A DNA stretch of 64,000 bases from a bacterium (GCA_037143195.1 JBAWZD010000001.1:272892-336891); one strand, 5' to 3'. Counted from the first letter of the stretch, positions 18,917-29,453 are shown. Program-made: numbers and translations. The notes: a model not told the origin generated them from the letters alone.

Positions 18917-19777
18917 ATGATGTCGTTATACTTTACCGCATGGCTCGCTTCAATAATGTCTGGAGCTGAGGCAATTCTCGGAAAAATCACCAGCAGGCAC
19001 TCAGTCAGGAACCCCTGGTTGTTTAACTTTTTCTGGTCGCTTTTCATCCTCGTGGGTATCATAATCGCGGCTATCTATTCCCACGCAGGTATTCCGAGCA
19101 GTTGGAGCTACATCGTCTCAGCGTCAATCGCTTACGCGTTGACTGGGACCACGTATGCATTTTCGGTGTACACGCTTGATGCTTCCGTTGTGGCTCCTTT
19201 ATACAGCATGCGCACAATTATGGCTGTTGCCGTCGGGAGTCTCTTCTTTGGGGAGACACTGTCTTCACACCAGTATATTCTTATTGGCATTATTTTTGTC
19301 TTCGGAATACTTGTAAGTATGGACGAAAAATTCAGCTTGAGGTCATTTTTTAATTGGAAGATCACGCGAGCACTTTTCGGCATGGCCTGTTTGTTAGCGT
19401 TATCGCTCTTAACAAAAAAAGCTATTGCAGTAGCCGGCTTCTGGAACTCAACATTATGGATTGCTCTTTTGGGACAAGTTTGGCTTCTTGCAACAATCCC
19501 GCTGTTTAAAAAGGAGTGGCAATCAACAAGCAAAAAGCAGCTAGGTGCCATCGCGCTCGTATCGGCAGCTGGTGTTGTAGGTACTATTTCTGCAATGGCT
19601 GCTTACTCAAAAAACGTCAGCATCGCTACGGCAATCATCTCACTACCACTTTCAATGATCGCTGCAATTGGACTTTCATTCATTGCGCCAGATCTACTGG
19701 AAAAACACACGGCGAAAGTGTACGCAGTGCGGATCATCTCGGCCACGATAATGATTATCGCTGCTTTAAAACTCTAA
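18917..19777 (+). CDS. EamA/DMT-family transporter
   Basis: About 10 TM helices, DASVVAPL, FFGETLS motifs. Confidence 0.85.
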   Translation: MMSLYFTAWLASIMSGAEAILGKITSRHSVRNPWLFNFFWSLFILVGIIIAAIYSHAGIPSSWSYIVSASIAYALTGTTYAFSVYTLDASVVAPLYSMRTIMAVAVGSLFFGETLSSHQYILIGIIFVFGILVSMDEKFSLRSFFNWKITRALFGMACLLALSLLTKKAIAVAGFWNSTLWIALLGQVWLLATIPLFKKEWQSTSKKQLGAIALVSAAGVVGTISAMAAYSKNVSIATAIISLPLSMIAAIGLSFIAPDLLEKHTAKVYAVRIISATIMIIAALKL

Positions 19778-19862
19778 GTTCACTCAACCCCTGAACAATG
19801 TCGCACCCAAAAGAAAATTGCCCGAGAACAATTTTCTGTTCAAGGGCAATTCAAATGATACA

Positions 19863-21206
19863 TTATTTAATTATCATACTACTGCCAATCACTTCATGTT
19901 TTCGATGTGGATGAACCCATGTCTCTTTGAGATGGATCTTACGGACTATATTCCCGAATTCGTCACGATAGTTTCTATCGTGATGCCGTCTAGGATGTGG
20001 AGGTTTCTCATTACCAATCTGAATACAAAAACCAGTCGTACTTTTTTTCTTTGATGCATGCGAAAGATACGTAATACCTCCCCTATTCACTTCAAACCAT
20101 GTAAGTGGCTCGCTTTCTGTAACGATTTTTTTGATTTTTTCCAAAGCTCTCGGTGACTGCTCTGGTATATCGGGCGCCGCCTGATACGTTTTGATACCAA
20201 CAGGGGCGACATAGTCATGAAAGAGTTTGCCGATACCATTCAACAGAAAAGTGAGGACCTGAATATGCCAGTCGTTCGCAAGAAAATCCAAAACATCTTT
20301 GTTTGAACCCGACCAAGATTCCTTGGTCTGTGCTCCCTGAATCCTCAAGAGACTCAGCTGGTCAATCGGTTCGAATTCCAAAGTGTCTGGATGACTATCC
20401 ATTACTTTTCCCGTAGCGATATCGATACGGAATGAAAGAAATAATGGAACAAGGTGATCCGCAACTATTTTTTCGAATTGCTGCTGAACCTTCTCAGCTT
20501 GCTTTGTTTTATTTTGTGAAAAGTAACGTATCATTTCCTCCATTTTTTCTATCGCCTCTTTTGGATAAAGCGAGCGTTCAATGTCATCTGGGATGCCAAA
20601 CACTCTCAAATACCCGTTCGATTTGCTCACAATAAAAGTACTGAAATGAAACGTGACCATGTTCTGCACTTTTTTCTCCTGCTTAATTGCAAACAAAGGG
20701 TTAAACTGTCGTTCGGAATAATAGCCAACGGGCTCGTCAAGAGTAACAATGAAATCATCGTACGGCAACGAAGCAATGTAAGCCTTTTCACATGGGTCGA
20801 TCAATGGAATTTTTTTGGCCGCTTTCACCTCGCATACTTTTTTGCCGCCATCTTTCCAACGTTTTACAAAAAACGGAAACAAAAGCAGTTCGTTAGCAGC
20901 GAGAATTTCAACGCATTTATCTTGTTCAAGCTTGCCGACAAGCTCCTTCGGAACTCTCGGCAAAAACCTCATGGGGTCAAACGGATAATTGCCAGATAAG
21001 CATTCGGCCAATTTGTGGAAATCACCGATTGGCGCCAAGAAGGCGCCGTTCAATGCGAGCTCTGAGCCAGACGCTGGCAACAGCTTTCGATCTTTTTTAT
21101 CGAGAGCAAATTCTCCTTTGTGATTAACTTTTGCGGCAAGTTGCATGTTTTCCCATGCAATCAAAGTGTGGTGTAGTCGATGTAATGTTAAAGTAGTCTT
21201 CTTCAT
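19863..21206 (-). CDS. Orphan 447-aa protein with C-terminal PHxRRxH motif
   Basis: Long ORF ending KPPHPRRHHDRNY...G...IHLKETWVHP. TTGACA promoter and structured leader. Confidence 0.8.
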   Translation of the reverse strand: MKKTTLTLHRLHHTLIAWENMQLAAKVNHKGEFALDKKDRKLLPASGSELALNGAFLAPIGDFHKLAECLSGNYPFDPMRFLPRVPKELVGKLEQDKCVEILAANELLLFPFFVKRWKDGGKKVCEVKAAKKIPLIDPCEKAYIASLPYDDFIVTLDEPVGYYSERQFNPLFAIKQEKKVQNMVTFHFSTFIVSKSNGYLRVFGIPDDIERSLYPKEAIEKMEEMIRYFSQNKTKQAEKVQQQFEKIVADHLVPLFLSFRIDIATGKVMDSHPDTLEFEPIDQLSLLRIQGAQTKESWSGSNKDVLDFLANDWHIQVLTFLLNGIGKLFHDYVAPVGIKTYQAAPDIPEQSPRALEKIKKIVTESEPLTWFEVNRGGITYLSHASKKKSTTGFCIQIGNEKPPHPRRHHDRNYRDEFGNIVRKIHLKETWVHPHRKHEVIGSSMIIK

Positions 21207-21382
21207 TGGAATAAAATTTGGTTATCAAAAAGTCCGAGCAGAGCCCCTTTGATAACCAAACATTCCATTTGTCTAAATTAAACATACAAAATTTATATTG
21301 TCAATCAATACGTAATATTTGACATCTAAAATTAATTATTGTAATTTCAGTAATAACCATTTTTTAAAAAAAATATACAGAT

Positions 21383-21814
21383 ATGCACACACTATTCGCA
21401 AACGTGGACATCAAGAACGACACTCGTCCAGTTGAGCAACGCCAAAAAATCGATATCGACGCAGAAATTACTTTTGAGGTTAAAGGTGTCGATGTACGCC
21501 CAAATTTTTCTATGACAGTGCGGGGTTCAGACAGAGAAACCTCAATCATTTCCCTCACTGAGGGAACAAGAACAGTCGCTCATGGTAAAGCGGGCGAAAT
21601 TCGCTTAAAGATTAGCGAATTTACAATGAGAGATCAACTGATTTTTGTGACGTGCCTGTCCATAATCAGCAAGTTACTAGAAGAAATCAACGCAACGAGG
21701 CGGACACTTGATATGCTGGACTTACTGTCAAGCTATGGCTTGCAAATCACAAAGATCGACTCGTTTTCATTCCCAACAACAAGGGACCATATAAACGAGA
21801 TATTTACTCAATAA
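21383..21814 (+). CDS. Orphan hypothetical protein
   Basis: 143 aa, TTGACA promoter, AACCATTTTTT leader, downstream hairpin. Confidence 0.65.
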   Translation: MHTLFANVDIKNDTRPVEQRQKIDIDAEITFEVKGVDVRPNFSMTVRGSDRETSIISLTEGTRTVAHGKAGEIRLKISEFTMRDQLIFVTCLSIISKLLEEINATRRTLDMLDLLSSYGLQITKIDSFSFPTTRDHINEIFTQ

Positions 21815-21914
21815 AACCTATCAGAGATTAGATAAGAAATCTATTTCGATAGGTTTTTTATTATTGGAATCTCCTCCGGATCAGACGAGAAAGCGCACGT
21901 CTCGTATTATATCG

Positions 21915-22130
21915 TTACGACATGTTACGAATGTACATGGTCTCAACTTTTTTTCGCGCCCACGGAGTTCGACGCAAAAATACCAAACTTGATTTAATAC
22001 TTGGGTCTTTAAGAAAGCAATTGACCGGAATACGTTCGCCGAGCTCTGCCCAGCCATACTCTTGCACAAGAGCGGTGAGAATCATTTCAAGAGTTTTGCC
22101 CTGAAGTGGATTTTTGGGATGTGTGTCCAT
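21915..22130 (-). CDS. VF530/DUF2132-family DNA-binding protein
   Basis: [17 protein letters not shown]...[25 protein letters not shown]. Confidence 0.9.
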   Translation of the reverse strand: MDTHPKNPLQGKTLEMILTALVQEYGWAELGERIPVNCFLKDPSIKSSLVFLRRTPWARKKVETMYIRNMS

Positions 22131-22279
22131 ACAGTGCATATCTTAGCATCAAACCCCCAAAAAACCTTGTAAATAAGGGTTTATTGACAATTTTAATCTT
22201 CCGTGATTCTTTGACAAAATAGTATTTTCGTGATAGAATATATGTTAACCATTTTTTTAACAATTAAAAACAGAAAGAC

Positions 22280-25200
22280 GTGAAAAAATCACTACTTTTG
22301 ATGGTAGCGCTACTATGCTGCTGCCTTCTGTCCCCTCCCACTGCGAGCGGACAACTCACAACGATTCCGAGCTTCTCAGTAAGCCCGACGACAGTGTGCA
22401 TGTTCCAGCCGGTTCTGCCGGTGAACACCACTGTAACCGTAGCAGGTCATCGCTACGCCTATTACTGGAATTACGACTACGGTCGACCAACGAGTGACAA
22501 CACTCGCGACCCTCGTGGTCCAGTAATTTTTACGTACCCTGGAGCACCATATATTTCGATTATGGTGCACGACAGTGATGCGTACGGAGGTGCCGGGGGG
22601 GATTATTACTATCGGCAGAGCATCACGGTGCTCGATTTGCCGACAGCAACTATTGAAGCAACGCCGCGAAGTGCAGCGCTCAATTGTATTGCTGACAGTG
22701 TTATTTTGGTGGCAACACCATCTGACACTCTTGGCCACATTTTGTGGACTAGACCCACTGGGTTTACGGACACAAACGAAACAATTGCTGCTCGAACAAG
22801 CGGCAATTACCAAGTAATTGCCACCGACAGGCACGGTTGTTCTTCCAATTATCCGACATCAATTTGGGTAAACGGAGGAACACCAGTACATGTCGATCTG
22901 GCATTAGCCACCAGTTACGGTGGGATTATCAGCACAGACACAAGCGTCTCTGTCTGCTCGAGTGATGGACGCATTTTGCAACCAATTGTCAGTGGAGCCA
23001 TGTGGCCAATCACCTACAACTGGAACGACGGAAGTACAGCGAGCACTGACCCAATAGCCACTTCTGGCTACTATTGGGTTAAGCTCACAGATGCAAATGG
23101 ATGTATAGGTCGCGACACAATCCATGTGACGCGAAACATTACTCCGCCAAACACTATCACTCCAAGCACCTCAGCCACACTGTGTTCCGGTGATTCTCTG
23201 ATTCTCAGAGTCGCATCAGGATACAGCTATAGCTGGAGTACATGGAGTGGCGTAGTATCCACTTCAGATTCCGTAATTGTAACGAGTTCAAATTATTACT
23301 CAGTACAAATCAACGGATTGGGTGGCTGCAACGCCACGAACACCTACAACGCGAACTTCAATGCAGCGCCAACGCCCAGCATCGAAATATTCCCGAATGT
23401 AGGAGTGTCACATAGTGGACCAATCGACACAGTGCGTATATGCTCGAACGCAAGTTCAAGTATGTACGCAAGTAGTGCAGTGTATTCAACGACACTTCAC
23501 TATGTGTGGAACACTGGCGACACAACTGCCAATCTTCCTCTCCGCAGTGGAGGATTAAAGAGAGTAACGATAACAACAGCTGAAGGATGCAGCGCATCCA
23601 AAAGTATTTTTGTTGTTATGTACTCTGCACCTGATAGTAGCTATACATTAAGTAACCTTGGTCCATTATGCGACGGGACGACACAAGTTGTACGTCTTCG
23701 TCGCGCACCAGGAAACAGCTACACATGGAGTACTGGAGGTATTGCCGATTCGGCGATACTGACGAGTTCAGCAACCATCACCGCGGTTATAACCTCTGCA
23801 AGAGGTTGTATGAGTCCCGTGACGTACACAGCGGTGTTCAATGCAACACCGCACCCTGTCGTTTCGGCAGGACCATGCAGTATGGAAGCTGGAACGATCA
23901 CATCTGGCAACAGATATCAGTGGTCTACTCCAACGGGGATAATTCCCGGTGCAACAAGTGCATTTTATGGTGCAACAACTGGAGGTTTTTATTCCTACAA
24001 GGAAACAACTCCCTTAGGTTGTAACGCGACAGCCACAATGACCTACATTACCTGTGGTGGAACCACAGGTACAGGAACAAGTACTGATAGTGTACATGCG
24101 TACTTCGCAGAAGACGCAACACTGTCATGCGGTACAGGATATTTACGAGTGACGAATCTCTCGACGGCAATCTTGCCATCAAGGTTAAAGTATTTCTGGT
24201 CATTCGACGGTGGCACTCCTGCTACTTCAAATCTTCAGAATCCGCCACCGATTCTATTCAGCCCTGGATTACATTTCGTGAACCTTGTCGCTCGCGACAC
24301 CGTAAACGGAAGTACCAGTACGTATTTGGGATCGTTCATCGCAGACACCCTAAAAATCCGTGCGTATGGTTACGCACCCACAACAGGCCGGACAAGTTTC
24401 GACACACTTCCTGTTTGTCCAAACGACTCGGCTTGGGTTGGTGCATTAATCTACGCCGGAGCAGGCGTAAGTTATCAGTGGAACAACGGCGACAGTAGTG
24501 CACGTTTCGTGCCACACGCAAGTGGTATGTACTCAGTGCATGTTACTGACAACCGCGGTTGTTCAGCTGATGATAGTGTGTATTTAAGCGTAAGCAATTT
24601 TCCTGACAGTAGTATTACGAGATCATCACTTAGTAATATATGTGCAGGAGACACATTACGGCTTTCGCTCCACACTGGTAATAGTTACCAGTGGAACACG
24701 TACGACACTACGAGTAGTATCGGAGTCACAACTCCTGGATATTATTCAGTACGTATCATGAACAGGTTTGGTTGTGTTTCGCATGCAAATGCAAACATAA
24801 CGTTTAACCCAAAACCAATTCCAAGCGTCACCGTTTCGGGTGCACGATTTAGTTATGGAATTTTTGACACCGCACATGTTTGTGCAAACGCCAATCCTTC
24901 CATCTCAATCGCGCCATCGGGGATGACGTATCATTGGAACACGGGAAGTTCGTTCTCGAATTTTCCTCTCACAGTTAACGGTGTTTACACTGCGACAGTG
25001 ACGAATTCATACGGCTGTAAAGCCGCAAGTAATCCTGTGTATGTAAACATACACTCGTCGCCTGACAGCTTAATCACGGTAACAAGAGTAAGTGCATGCA
25101 TGGGCGACAGCATCTCTCTCGGACTTTCCCCTGGCAACTCATATAGTTGGAGCACAGGAGAAAGAAGTAACGGAATTAATGTTTTTACCTCTGGCACTTA

Positions 25201-26449
25201 TTCTGTAACGGTAACAACAGATGCTGGCTGTGTAAGTCATGCAACGAAGTCTGTAACGTTTAATCCACTTCCAAATGTAACAATCGGAATATCTCCGATG
25301 ACGCTGTATACATTTGGTGGCGGGACTGATACCGCTCATGCGTGTAGCAATACGCACGTGAACATATCAGCAACAACGGGGACTGGTAACACTTACCAAT
25401 GGAATAACGGAAGCACTTTTTCAAGCTTCCTCATTCCACTGAGTGGGTTGTATACGGTAACAGTGACGAATACGTATGCTTGCTCCGCTTCGGCGCAAGT
25501 GTACGTAAACATACACTCTGCTCCAGATAGCATCATCATGCCGTCGAAAGTAAGTGTTTGTAAAAATGACACACTGATTTTATGGTTGCCTTCCGGTAAC
25601 CATTATCTGTGGAATACAGGAAGCGATAACGATTCAATCATGGTGTTTGATAACGGAATTTTTTCCGCAACAGTTTCAAACATATATGGTTGTGAGTCTC
25701 ACACGCTACCATATACCGCTACCTTCCATTCGATACCAAAACCTGAAATTGCAGCATCCAGTTGTAATCTCAGTTTGTTATCGATAGCAAGCGGATCTAC
25801 GTATCAATGGTATGAAGGATCGAATCCAATCTGGATTAACGCCTCGTCATACATTGTTACGGCAAATGATTGGTACTCAGTCGAAGAAACAACAAGTGAA
25901 GGATGCAGAAATCGCTCGAATTCAATTTTCGATTCCGCATGTGTAATCCCCATTCCAATTGATTCGTGCAAGTCGTTCCCGATCCAGAGTCCAAGCATAG
26001 TTATAGACGTTACAAATTGCATGCTTGGATGCAGTAGTAAATATACGGTGGATTCCTTCGTCTGGACTCGCAGTGGCATATTCTTGCCCGCAACAGACAC
26101 ACCGTATATCAGTTCTTTTATAAACGGGCTCTATCAAGTCACCGTTTACGATACCCGTGGATGCAGTGCGACATCAGAATTAATTTCTGCTGGTTGTGTG
26201 CAAGACACAACTCATGCACCAATTAATTTTGATGTGTATCCAAATCCGTTCTCTCAACATGTGACAATCACATGCGATAGTACATTTTCTGTCCTCGTAT
26301 TTAATATGCTAGGACAAAAGGTCCTAGAGACCATGGAAAATAATGGTGTGACACTCCAAACAGGGCAATGGCGCCCTGACACATACTTCATTGTTGTCGG
26401 CAATCGCTTCGGCGTTGTCACAACAAAAAAAGTTGTGAAAACAAAATAA
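22280..26449 (+). CDS. Large secreted Ig/PKD-like repeat adhesin with T9SS type A C-terminal sorting domain
   Basis: Signal peptide, many Y.W..G....I.V...G.Y.V.VT...GC repeats, C-terminus VYPNPFS...VFNMLGQKV...YFI...KKVVK. Confidence 0.85.
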   Translation: MKKSLLLMVALLCCCLLSPPTASGQLTTIPSFSVSPTTVCMFQPVLPVNTTVTVAGHRYAYYWNYDYGRPTSDNTRDPRGPVIFTYPGAPYISIMVHDSDAYGGAGGDYYYRQSITVLDLPTATIEATPRSAALNCIADSVILVATPSDTLGHILWTRPTGFTDTNETIAARTSGNYQVIATDRHGCSSNYPTSIWVNGGTPVHVDLALATSYGGIISTDTSVSVCSSDGRILQPIVSGAMWPITYNWNDGSTASTDPIATSGYYWVKLTDANGCIGRDTIHVTRNITPPNTITPSTSATLCSGDSLILRVASGYSYSWSTWSGVVSTSDSVIVTSSNYYSVQINGLGGCNATNTYNANFNAAPTPSIEIFPNVGVSHSGPIDTVRICSNASSSMYASSAVYSTTLHYVWNTGDTTANLPLRSGGLKRVTITTAEGCSASKSIFVVMYSAPDSSYTLSNLGPLCDGTTQVVRLRRAPGNSYTWSTGGIADSAILTSSATITAVITSARGCMSPVTYTAVFNATPHPVVSAGPCSMEAGTITSGNRYQWSTPTGIIPGATSAFYGATTGGFYSYKETTPLGCNATATMTYITCGGTTGTGTSTDSVHAYFAEDATLSCGTGYLRVTNLSTAILPSRLKYFWSFDGGTPATSNLQNPPPILFSPGLHFVNLVARDTVNGSTSTYLGSFIADTLKIRAYGYAPTTGRTSFDTLPVCPNDSAWVGALIYAGAGVSYQWNNGDSSARFVPHASGMYSVHVTDNRGCSADDSVYLSVSNFPDSSITRSSLSNICAGDTLRLSLHTGNSYQWNTYDTTSSIGVTTPGYYSVRIMNRFGCVSHANANITFNPKPIPSVTVSGARFSYGIFDTAHVCANANPSISIAPSGMTYHWNTGSSFSNFPLTVNGVYTATVTNSYGCKAASNPVYVNIHSSPDSLITVTRVSACMGDSISLGLSPGNSYSWSTGERSNGINVFTSGTYSVTVTTDAGCVSHATKSVTFNPLPNVTIGISPMTLYTFGGGTDTAHACSNTHVNISATTGTGNTYQWNNGSTFSSFLIPLSGLYTVTVTNTYACSASAQVYVNIHSAPDSIIMPSKVSVCKNDTLILWLPSGNHYLWNTGSDNDSIMVFDNGIFSATVSNIYGCESHTLPYTATFHSIPKPEIAASSCNLSLLSIASGSTYQWYEGSNPIWINASSYIVTANDWYSVEETTSEGCRNRSNSIFDSACVIPIPIDSCKSFPIQSPSIVIDVTNCMLGCSSKYTVDSFVWTRSGIFLPATDTPYISSFINGLYQVTVYDTRGCSATSELISAGCVQDTTHAPINFDVYPNPFSQHVTITCDSTFSVLVFNMLGQKVLETMENNGVTLQTGQWRPDTYFIVVGNRFGVVTTKKVVKTK

Positions 26450-26535
26450 CAGCCAGCCATTCAAGTCAAAAAAGCCCCGGCAATGTCGGGGCTTTTTCAT
26501 ATGTCAGGATCGTTTCAATACAAACAAAAAACCGC

Positions 26536-27105
26536 TTACGTACTACGTAAGCGGGGAATGTCTTTTAATGCTCCGAGCGGGATCACCTCAACACCTCTTG
26601 TTTGTTTAAAGAACAAGTGCCAAGAATTATCAACTGCGATTTCAGGGTCGTACGAAATACCGAAATATTCATACACCGTATAATCTTGTTTTTGATGAAG
26701 CAAGGACAGATCCAAAATCCTTCCTTGATACAGGATCCAACTGTGGCTTGAGATTACGTACATATAATTACAAACCCTTTCAACGGCATACAGGCCGGTA
26801 ACAACCTGAAAATCAGCCCCAGTCTTGCCATTGTTTAACAAAGTCTTCGCGTGCAACATTGTGTTCGCGTGACAATATTTATCCTGAAAAAAAATCGGCA
26901 AGATACCGTCTGGATAGACCGTCCAAACATCCATGGGCATATACGATTTTCGGTATTGTTTTGCTAGACTGATAAGATCAGATGGCTCAGTCCGAGGTGG
27001 GAGCTGTTCAAAATATTTTTTAATTTCAAACCTTTCTGGCGAATACGCCACTGGGAAGTCCCGATGATGCAACTGCTCAAAAGTTACGATATTCTTTTTT
27101 ACCAT
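26536..27105 (-). CDS. Orphan hypothetical protein (Cys-His-Asp, possibly transglutaminase/papain-like)
   Basis: YCHANT...VTG...HSWI....ILDLS...YFG pattern, TTGACA promoter. Confidence 0.6.
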   Translation of the reverse strand: MVKKNIVTFEQLHHRDFPVAYSPERFEIKKYFEQLPPRTEPSDLISLAKQYRKSYMPMDVWTVYPDGILPIFFQDKYCHANTMLHAKTLLNNGKTGADFQVVTGLYAVERVCNYMYVISSHSWILYQGRILDLSLLHQKQDYTVYEYFGISYDPEIAVDNSWHLFFKQTRGVEVIPLGALKDIPRLRST

Positions 27106-27214
27106 AGCGTGTGTTTTTTCTTCAATCTACATTATATTTTAATATTGTCAAATATATCATCCCTGATATAAAGTTGTTCCTGTACATATCGCTAGAAAAG
27201 CCTAGTATGAACAC

Positions 27215-28081
27215 ATGAAAAACTCTTGGATATACGGAGGTATTGTATTCGGTATCCTGCTCGTCGTTTTTGGTATTTCGCGATATGAACATAGTGGTGC
27301 GCCAGTCACGAATGTATTGCCAGCAATCGTTACTCCCGAGACGCCACCTGAGACTCCCCCAGTTACCCCGCCAGTCGTAGACTCGACTCCTGTCTCGCAC
27401 TATATTGAAATTACGGGTGGGTGCGATTGGAAATTCACTGGCTCATGCGTGAACGTGCGATCAGGCGCTGGTACGCGCTACGGCGTCGTCATGCGTCTCC
27501 GTGCTGGCATTGTGCTCCGTGTAGAGCCAGAGGCAGTCGCAGGAGATGGATTCAATTGGTACAAAGTCATTCAAGACAAACAACTCTGGCATCCAGAGCG
27601 AGTGAAAAGCGATTGGTATGTGGCGAGCGATGCTGGCTTCGTGATGCACTTTACTGATCCAGGTGACATACAAATCAATGCAAGCGAAGTGACTCCTCCG
27701 ACCAACAAACGCATCGTAGTCAATCTCACCAAAGAAACCCTCATGGCATACGATGAAGACCAGCTTTTCATGGAAGAATCAATCTCCACGGGCATCGAGG
27801 CGAACCCAACGACGGCGGGAAAATTCAAAATTTTTCGAAAAACGCCGAGCCGATACATGCAAGGACCACTCCCTGATAGTGACATCACTGAATCATACGA
27901 CTTGCCCGGTGTCGCGTGGGACATGTACTTCACGGCCGATGGATCTGTCCTCCATACGGCATATTGGCATGATAGTTTTGGAGAGCCGATGTCTCACGGA
28001 TGCATCAACCAACGCGCCGAAAATGCACGAACATTGTATGCATGGGCAGATTTGGGCACACCGGTAGTCATTGAAGAATAA
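27215..28081 (+). CDS. L,D-transpeptidase (YkuD) with SH3b domain
   Basis: N-terminal TM, VNVRSGAGT SH3b, HTAYWH...SHGCIN catalytic motif. Confidence 0.92.
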   Translation: MKNSWIYGGIVFGILLVVFGISRYEHSGAPVTNVLPAIVTPETPPETPPVTPPVVDSTPVSHYIEITGGCDWKFTGSCVNVRSGAGTRYGVVMRLRAGIVLRVEPEAVAGDGFNWYKVIQDKQLWHPERVKSDWYVASDAGFVMHFTDPGDIQINASEVTPPTNKRIVVNLTKETLMAYDEDQLFMEESISTGIEANPTTAGKFKIFRKTPSRYMQGPLPDSDITESYDLPGVAWDMYFTADGSVLHTAYWHDSFGEPMSHGCINQRAENARTLYAWADLGTPVVIEE

Positions 28082-28135
28082 GGATATTGCAACACTTTTC
28101 TTGCTATTGCAAGTCATGTGTGAAAGGATGGATAG

Positions 28136-28687
28136 ATGCTCCCTATTTCCCTACCGCAAACAATCGCAAATGTCCCCTACCATTCACAGTTAACAGAAAT
28201 CTCTTCTCACACATGGCAGATGCAAGGCTGCGGCATCACCAGCCTCGCCATGATTATTGATTACTACAACAAGACAGATTCTGTATCGGTAGAATCTTTG
28301 CTCAAACAAGGAATCGTTTCTGGTGCATTCATCAACAATGTCGGTTGGTCATACGCAGGACTAATAAAACTTTCCCAAAAATATGATCTCGATGGCAAGA
28401 CATATGATTTCGCTGGGCTCACTTCAGCCAAAGCATTTACTGAGCTCAAAAATCAATTGAAAGATGGTCCCGTGATTGCATCAATTCATTACAAATTTGA
28501 TCCGAAAAATACGCTTCCGCACATGGTCGTAGTCGACGGCATCGACAACGACATGGTGTACTACAACAACCCATCAGGCAAAGCGGGGGTAGCCGAAATC
28601 TCAACAACAAAATTCCTCGCCGCATGGAAAAAGCGATTCATCGTCATTCGTCCAATCACACCAGTACTCGCCTCGACACAGAAATAA
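28136..28687 (+). CDS. C39-like peptidase
   Basis: VPYHSQ, GCGITSLAMII, HMVVVDG, YNNP. Confidence 0.85.
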   Translation: MLPISLPQTIANVPYHSQLTEISSHTWQMQGCGITSLAMIIDYYNKTDSVSVESLLKQGIVSGAFINNVGWSYAGLIKLSQKYDLDGKTYDFAGLTSAKAFTELKNQLKDGPVIASIHYKFDPKNTLPHMVVVDGIDNDMVYYNNPSGKAGVAEISTTKFLAAWKKRFIVIRPITPVLASTQK

Positions 28688-28760
28688 AACTCGTAATCGA
28701 AAATCGCAACAAAAAACCCACACAAAGCATGGGCTTTCTGTGGGTACATTTTTGATTTTA

Positions 28761-29453
28761 TTATTTTACTTCGACAAAATCCTCGTCGAAGATTTTCATG
28801 GCGGTTTGCCATGATCCTTGGTCAGCGTGCATGTACGCTAATGCGCGTAACACATTCGCACGATAGCCCGTAGCTACTTGCAGAACAGCGCAAATACGCT
28901 CGAATGGCACCTTCCCTTGCGACATCAGGCTCGCTGATTGCAATGAGGCTATAACCTTCTTGTTTTCGGACAGGTTCATTACGCAAGCGATTTGCTCGGT
29001 ACTTAGTTGCGAATGTCGACACGCGTCGATCGCACAGCTAAGTAATTGTGAATCCGAAATTGCCGGCATTGAGACGGCCATCGGAAGTGAAAACTTCGCC
29101 TCGCAACTTGCGAAAAATAAATCTTCTGCAATATTGATAGCTTCAATGTCAATTGTTGCGATTGCTAGGATCATGCAAATAGCCGTTTTATTTTCTTTCG
29201 TGTAGCGAATAAGCCACACAATTTCATCTAACGAAACTTTGGCTTTCGCCAATAATGCGGCTACTCTTAATGATGCTGTCACTCGATTTTTCGAACACGC
29301 ACTTTCAATTTTTCCTATTTCCCAGTTTTTTAATCCTGCCTGGAGACAGGATTCCCTCGCACACAAATACTGAGGGGTCTGCGCAATTGTTTGCGCTTCT
29401 TTGTTGCTGTTGATACCTTTTTTGCCTTTTCCTACTAAATTGTTTGAACGCAT
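28761..29453 (-). CDS. Orphan helical protein with an internal two-fold repeat
   Basis: Two similar units (C..AGL...EI......SKNRVTASL..A..LAK.KV..D.I / C..S.L...QI......SENKKVIASL..A..MS..KV..E.I). Confidence 0.65.
   Translation of the reverse strand: MRSNNLVGKGKKGINSNKEAQTIAQTPQYLCARESCLQAGLKNWEIGKIESACSKNRVTASLRVAALLAKAKVSLDEIVWLIRYTKENKTAICMILAIATIDIEAINIAEDLFFASCEAKFSLPMAVSMPAISDSQLLSCAIDACRHSQLSTEQIACVMNLSENKKVIASLQSASLMSQGKVPFERICAVLQVATGYRANVLRALAYMHADQGSWQTAMKIFDEDFVEVK

Noticed and set aside
14118-22200. Prophage or integrative island at the tRNA cluster
   Set aside because: Orphan-rich, but no integrase, phage structural genes or duplicated tRNA 3' end (att) was found by eye.
22900-25900. 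Repeats in the large adhesin as DGR targets or tandem DNA repeats
   Set aside because: The repeats are diverged at the DNA level (protein-domain repeats). No reverse transcriptase or adenine-specific template/variable pair was seen.
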